From NCBI GenBank assembly GCA_964483055.1, contig CAZAAM010000001.1, forward strand, positions 1 to 38,087: a stretch of DNA of 38,087 nucleotides. Reading direction: 5' to 3'. The position numbers were made by a program, and so were the translations under genes. Numbering within the stretch: position 1 is the stretch's first letter; every line of letters starts with the position of its first letter. Source of the DNA: an uncultured Victivallales bacterium. GTDB taxonomy: Bacteria > Verrucomicrobiota > Lentisphaeria > Victivallales > UBA1829. Of the stretch, positions 34,512 to 38,087 are shown one piece after another. The notes beneath the pieces are model-generated. The model saw only the letters and a program-made list of their open reading frames with translations. It made no database searches and was not told the origin of the DNA.

Positions 34512-35828
34512 ATGGCAACACAAATCATGGAAGCGCAGGCGAACGTCGTCACGCCGCAAATGCGCCGCGTGGCGGAACGCGAACGGCGCGACGTCGAATT
34601 CATTCGCGAACGCGTTGCGGACGGACGAATCGTCATCCCCGCCAACATCTTGCATAAGAATCTCGATCCGATGGGCATCGGACGCGAACTTTATACGAAG
34701 ATCAACGCAAACATCGGAAATTCCTCCCTCTCCAGCTGTCCCAACGCCGAACTGACCAAGCTGCGCAGCGTGCTCGCCTATGGAGCGGACACCGTGATGG
34801 ATCTCAGCACCGGAGGCGACATTTCCGCCATTCGGACGCGTCTCATTGAAAATTCCACGATCCCGGTCGGCACGGTTCCCGTCTATGAAATGGTCGCGCG
34901 CAAAGGCGAAGCAGGAATCTCGCCGGAATTCGTCCTCGAAATCATACGAGAGCAGGCTCTTCAGGGCGTCGACTACATGACGATTCACGCCGGATTGCTC
35001 CGTCGCCACGTTCCGCTCGCGCTGCGTCGCAAGATGGGGATCGTCAGTCGAGGCGGAGCGCTTCTCGCATCGTGGATGGAGGAGAACAAACGCGAAAATC
35101 CCTTCTACGAGGCGTTCGATGGAATTCTGGAAATCTGCAAGGAATTCGATGTCACGCTCTCGCTCGGCGACGGACTCCGCCCCGGCTGCCTTGCCGACGC
35201 CTCCGACGAAGCCCAATTCGCAGAACTCGATGTGCTCGGCGAACTCTCCGAACGCTGCCTTAAGTCCGGCGTTCAGGCAATGATCGAAGGTCCCGGACAT
35301 GTTCCGATGGATCAGATCGAAATGAATATGAAGCGCGAACGGGAAGTCTGCCACGACGCTCCCTTCTACATCCTCGGCCCCGTCGTCATCGACTGCGCGC
35401 CGGGATACGATCATCAGGTCGCGGCGATGGGCGGCATGCTCGGCGCATACTACGGAGCTGCCATGCTGTGCTATGTCACGCCGAAGGAGCATCTCGGTCT
35501 CCCGAACAACGAGGACGTCAAGCGGGGAATCATGGCGTTCCGAATTGCCGCGCACGCGGCCGATGTCGGATTGCGCAAGCCTGGAGCGAGGGAGCGCGAC
35601 GACGCCATCAGCGACGCTCGCGCGGTGTTCGACTGGGAACGCCAATTCGAACTTGCCATGGATCCTGTCCGGGCGCGCGCCTATCGCGAAGAGGCGCTCA
35701 AGGAAAGCGCGCAGCCGGATCTGCATGGAACCGAATATTGCACGATGTGCGGTCCGGACTTCTGTTCAGTCCGCCTCTCCGCCAAGCTTAAGAAGGCGCA
35801 GGCGGAACGCGACGCCGCAGACGAATGA
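34512..35828 (+). CDS. thiC: Phosphomethylpyrimidine synthase (short, anaerobe-type ThiC)
   Basis: Track ORF starts at 34485, but the ATG at 34512 has AAGGAAGG 9 nt upstream and gives MATQIMEAQ..., like short ThiC. VIPANILHKNLDPMGIG, NANIGNS and a C-terminal CTMCGPDFC (CX2CX4C) radical-SAM cluster are present. Confidence 0.95.
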   Translation: MATQIMEAQANVVTPQMRRVAERERRDVEFIRERVADGRIVIPANILHKNLDPMGIGRELYTKINANIGNSSLSSCPNAELTKLRSVLAYGADTVMDLSTGGDISAIRTRLIENSTIPVGTVPVYEMVARKGEAGISPEFVLEIIREQALQGVDYMTIHAGLLRRHVPLALRRKMGIVSRGGALLASWMEENKRENPFYEAFDGILEICKEFDVTLSLGDGLRPGCLADASDEAQFAELDVLGELSERCLKSGVQAMIEGPGHVPMDQIEMNMKREREVCHDAPFYILGPVVIDCAPGYDHQVAAMGGMLGAYYGAAMLCYVTPKEHLGLPNNEDVKRGIMAFRIAAHAADVGLRKPGARERDDAISDARAVFDWERQFELAMDPVRARAYREEALKESAQPDLHGTEYCTMCGPDFCSVRLSAKLKKAQAERDAADE

Positions 35829-35873
35829 TCCCGAACAATTTGCTTTTGCCGACAATGACATTTATATTAAAAA

Positions 35874-35907
35874 GGCGTTTCCTCCAACGACAGTGGAAGA
35901 AAACGCC
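35874..35907 (+). other. Imperfect 13-bp stem-loop between thiC and fabK
   Basis: GGCGTTTCCTCCA-acgacag-TGGAAGAAAACGCC, with one mismatch and one bulge by hand pairing. An A-tract lies upstream and there is no U-tract downstream, so it is not a canonical plus-strand terminator. Confidence 0.3.
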
Positions 35908-35936
35908 CGCACAACTTTGAATGAAGGATGCAAGAC

Positions 35937-36980
35937 ATGAGCGAAATGAAACAACTGGACCCAGTCTTTTTGAGGCACATGAAGCGCGGCGCCGAATTCC
36001 TCGGATGCCAATACCCCATCATCTGCGGCGCCATGACATGGGTTTCCGATCCCAGTCTGGTCGCGACCGTGCTGAATGCGGGTTGCTTTGCATGCATCGC
36101 CGGAGGCAACGCCCCTACCGAGATTCTTGAACGCCAGATCGATGAGACGCGCGCGCTCTCCGACAAAAATTTCGCCGTCAACCTGATCACCATCGCGCCC
36201 AACTACAAAGCGCATCTTGAACTGCTCAAGACGAAGAAGGTTCCCTATATCGTCTTCGCAGGGAGCATTCCGAAGGACTCCGAAATCATGGAGGCCAAAG
36301 CCACTGGCGCGAAGGTTCTCTGCTTCGCCTCCACCATCTCCATCGCTCTCAAGATGATTAAATCCGGAGCGGACGCCCTGATCCTCGAAGGATGCGAGGC
36401 CGGAGGACATATCGGGCACGTCACTACCATGATCCTCCTTCAACAGCTTCTTTTCCGCTTCTCCGACAAACTCCCCATCTTCGTCGCGGGCGGCATCGCC
36501 ACCGGAAGAATGATGGCGCATGTGCTTGCCATGGGCGCAGCAGGCGTCCAGCTCGGAACCCGCTTCGCCATGACCGAAGAATGCAATACCCATCCTGACT
36601 TCAAGAAAGCTCTTTTGCGCGCTCATGCGCGAGACGCCATCGCCACGCCGCAGATCGACGCGGATCTCCCTGTCGTCGCTGTTCGCGCTCTGCGCAACGA
36701 AGGAACCAAGCGTTTCGTCGAACTCCAGCTGAAGCTGCTTGACGACCTCAAGCATGATCGCATCGAGCGCAAGGTCGCCGCTGAAGAAGTGGAAAAGTTC
36801 TGGATCGGCGCGTTGCGCCGCGCCGCGATGGAAGGCGACGTAGACGGAGGTTCCGTCATGTCCGGTCAAATCGTCGGCCTCATCGACGACATCCTGCCCG
36901 TTCGCACTGTCATTGACAATCTCCTCGACGAAGCAAACGCCACGTTCGCCGACTTAAGAGCAAAATTCAAGGGAGAGTGA
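35937..36980 (+). CDS. fabK: Enoyl-ACP reductase II (FMN-dependent, nitronate monooxygenase fold)
   Basis: The ATG at 35937 follows GAAGGA (track start 35928). YPIICGAMTWVSDPSLVATVLNAGCFACIAGG, DALILEGCEAGGHIGH, FVAGGIATGRMMA. It sits immediately upstream of fabH, which supports FabK over a generic NMO. Confidence 0.75.
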   Translation: MSEMKQLDPVFLRHMKRGAEFLGCQYPIICGAMTWVSDPSLVATVLNAGCFACIAGGNAPTEILERQIDETRALSDKNFAVNLITIAPNYKAHLELLKTKKVPYIVFAGSIPKDSEIMEAKATGAKVLCFASTISIALKMIKSGADALILEGCEAGGHIGHVTTMILLQQLLFRFSDKLPIFVAGGIATGRMMAHVLAMGAAGVQLGTRFAMTEECNTHPDFKKALLRAHARDAIATPQIDADLPVVAVRALRNEGTKRFVELQLKLLDDLKHDRIERKVAAEEVEKFWIGALRRAAMEGDVDGGSVMSGQIVGLIDDILPVRTVIDNLLDEANATFADLRAKFKGE

Positions 36981-36984
36981 TTCT

Positions 36985-37968
36985 ATGGGCATGCGAATCA
37001 AAGGGACCGGACACTACGTTCCGGATCGAGTTCTTACCAATGCCGATCTCGAGAAGATGGTCGACACCTCGGACGAATGGATCGTCACAAGAACCGGAAT
37101 CAAGAAGCGGCACATCGCGACTCCGGAACAGGCTACTTCCGATCTTGCATGCGAAGCCGCCAAGCGCGCTCTCGACAATGCCGGAATCACTCCGAAGGAC
37201 ATCGACCTCATCATCATGGCCACGGCCACTCCCGACAAGCTCCTCCCGAACACGGCCGCAATCATCCAGCATAAGCTCGGAGCGCCCTGCTGCCCCTGCT
37301 TCGATATCGAGACCGCCTGCACGGGACTGCTCTACTCCATCAACATCGCCCACGCCATGATGCTGGCCAATCCGGGCTACAAGCACGTCCTTGTCTGCGC
37401 CGGAGACAAGCTCTCCGCCATCACCAACTGGAAGGATCGCAGCACCTGCGTCCTCTTCGGCGACGCCGCATGCGCGCTCGTGCTGGAGCAAAACGTTGAA
37501 ATTCCCTACGACTTCTTCCTCGCCGGGAAAATCGACGCCGACGGCTCTTTCGAGGATATCCTGCAGGTTCCCGCCGGCGGCACTCGCGAACCGGCCAGTC
37601 AGGAAGCGATCGACGATGGCCGCACCTTCATCAAGATGAACGGGCCGAAAACCTTCCAGAAGGCGGTCTCCACCATGTGCGACGCATGCCACGGGCTTCT
37701 TGAAATCACCGGCGTAAATCCTGACAAGATCCGCTGGGCCATTCCGCATCAGGCGAACAGTCGCATCATCAGCGCCGTCGTCGAGCGCATGGGCATGCGC
37801 GATCAGCTTTACATGAACGTCGATCGATTCGGCAACACCTCCGCCGCATCGATTGGCATCTGTCTCGACGAGCTCAATCGCGCCGGAAAGCTCCAGCGCG
37901 GCGATCTCGTCATGACCGCTTCCTTCGGCGCCGGGCTGACATGGGCCGCCGCACTGCTCCGCTGGTGA
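36985..37968 (+). CDS. fabH: Beta-ketoacyl-ACP synthase III
   Basis: GTGHYVPDRVLTNADLEKMVDTSDEWIVTRTGIKKRH, active-site ETACTGLLYS, HQANSRII, GNTSAASI, FGAGLTWAA. All are classic FabH text. Confidence 0.92.
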   Translation: MGMRIKGTGHYVPDRVLTNADLEKMVDTSDEWIVTRTGIKKRHIATPEQATSDLACEAAKRALDNAGITPKDIDLIIMATATPDKLLPNTAAIIQHKLGAPCCPCFDIETACTGLLYSINIAHAMMLANPGYKHVLVCAGDKLSAITNWKDRSTCVLFGDAACALVLEQNVEIPYDFFLAGKIDADGSFEDILQVPAGGTREPASQEAIDDGRTFIKMNGPKTFQKAVSTMCDACHGLLEITGVNPDKIRWAIPHQANSRIISAVVERMGMRDQLYMNVDRFGNTSAASIGICLDELNRAGKLQRGDLVMTASFGAGLTWAAALLRW

Positions 37969-38087
37969 CGAGCAGCATCGTCTCTTGCAGAAACCCTCGA
38001 CTCCTTGCAATTCGCGACAATTCACGCCGCATTCTTCCCTTGCGAAGGATGCGGCTATCTTCGTGCCGTGTTCGGCATTATCGAATG

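Noticed and set aside
34494-35726. 410-aa minus ORF opposite thiC, plus 35862..36869- and 36967..38025- opposite fabK and fabH.
   Set aside because: These are antisense shadows of well-supported genes.
1-38087. Searched by eye for transposase, integrase or recombinase text, CRISPR-like regularly spaced repeats, tRNA/rRNA, and toxin-antitoxin or known defence-system signatures.
   Set aside because: None were seen. The window looks like core or accessory metabolic and envelope DNA rather than a mobile island. A sensitive profile search could still find remote homologues that I cannot recognise by reading.

Overview
This is a 38.1-kb chromosomal window with no transposase, integrase, CRISPR array, rRNA or tRNA that I could find. 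The gene content points to an anaerobic, diderm-type bacterium of moderately high GC: class III ribonucleotide reductase, FabK, a short-form ThiC behind a TPP riboswitch, an Isf-like Fe-S flavoprotein and lipid-A Ara4N genes. The taxon cannot be fixed from the sequence alone.

Gene order, left to right:
- APC amino-acid permease.
- A stand-alone KAS I/II-type ketosynthase, translationally coupled to a Dus-family flavoenzyme.
- A five-gene L-Ara4N lipid-A modification operon in the order arnB-arnT-arnC-arnA-arnD, with no arnE/arnF.
- An Isf-like flavoprotein and a Tam-like methyltransferase.
- About 940 bp with no credible ORF.
- A minus-strand cluster-9 metal ABC importer (binding protein, ATPase, permease).
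- A repeat-bearing lipoprotein.
- nrdG-nrdD, where NrdD carries a C-terminal CPNC redoxin domain, followed by a TrxR-like flavoprotein that lacks the HRRxxxR NADPH motif.
- An overlapping TPR protein and DUF4037/nucleotidyltransferase-like protein.
- A minus-strand cassette: HprK-like P-loop kinase, an unresolved 655-bp spacer, a TibC/Aah-type protein O-heptosyltransferase, and a GT2.
- A secreted helical protein and a DUF3047 protein.
- A minus-strand operon: EIIA(Ntr)-CBS fusion, ArsB/NhaD-SLC13-type permease, FAD oxidoreductase.
- TPP riboswitch-thiC, then fabK-fabH.

Several intergenic regions carry near-consensus sigma-70 promoters (TTGACA/TTGAAA, 16-17 nt spacer, TAnnnT).

The best candidate for an undescribed system is the kinase + heptosyltransferase + GT2 cassette at about 23.5-27.7 kb. 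It has neither an autotransporter nor lasso-peptide genes beside it. The second candidate is the redoxin-fused NrdD with its NADPH-motif-less reductase.

All calls come from reading the translations and the sequence by eye. No database search was run.
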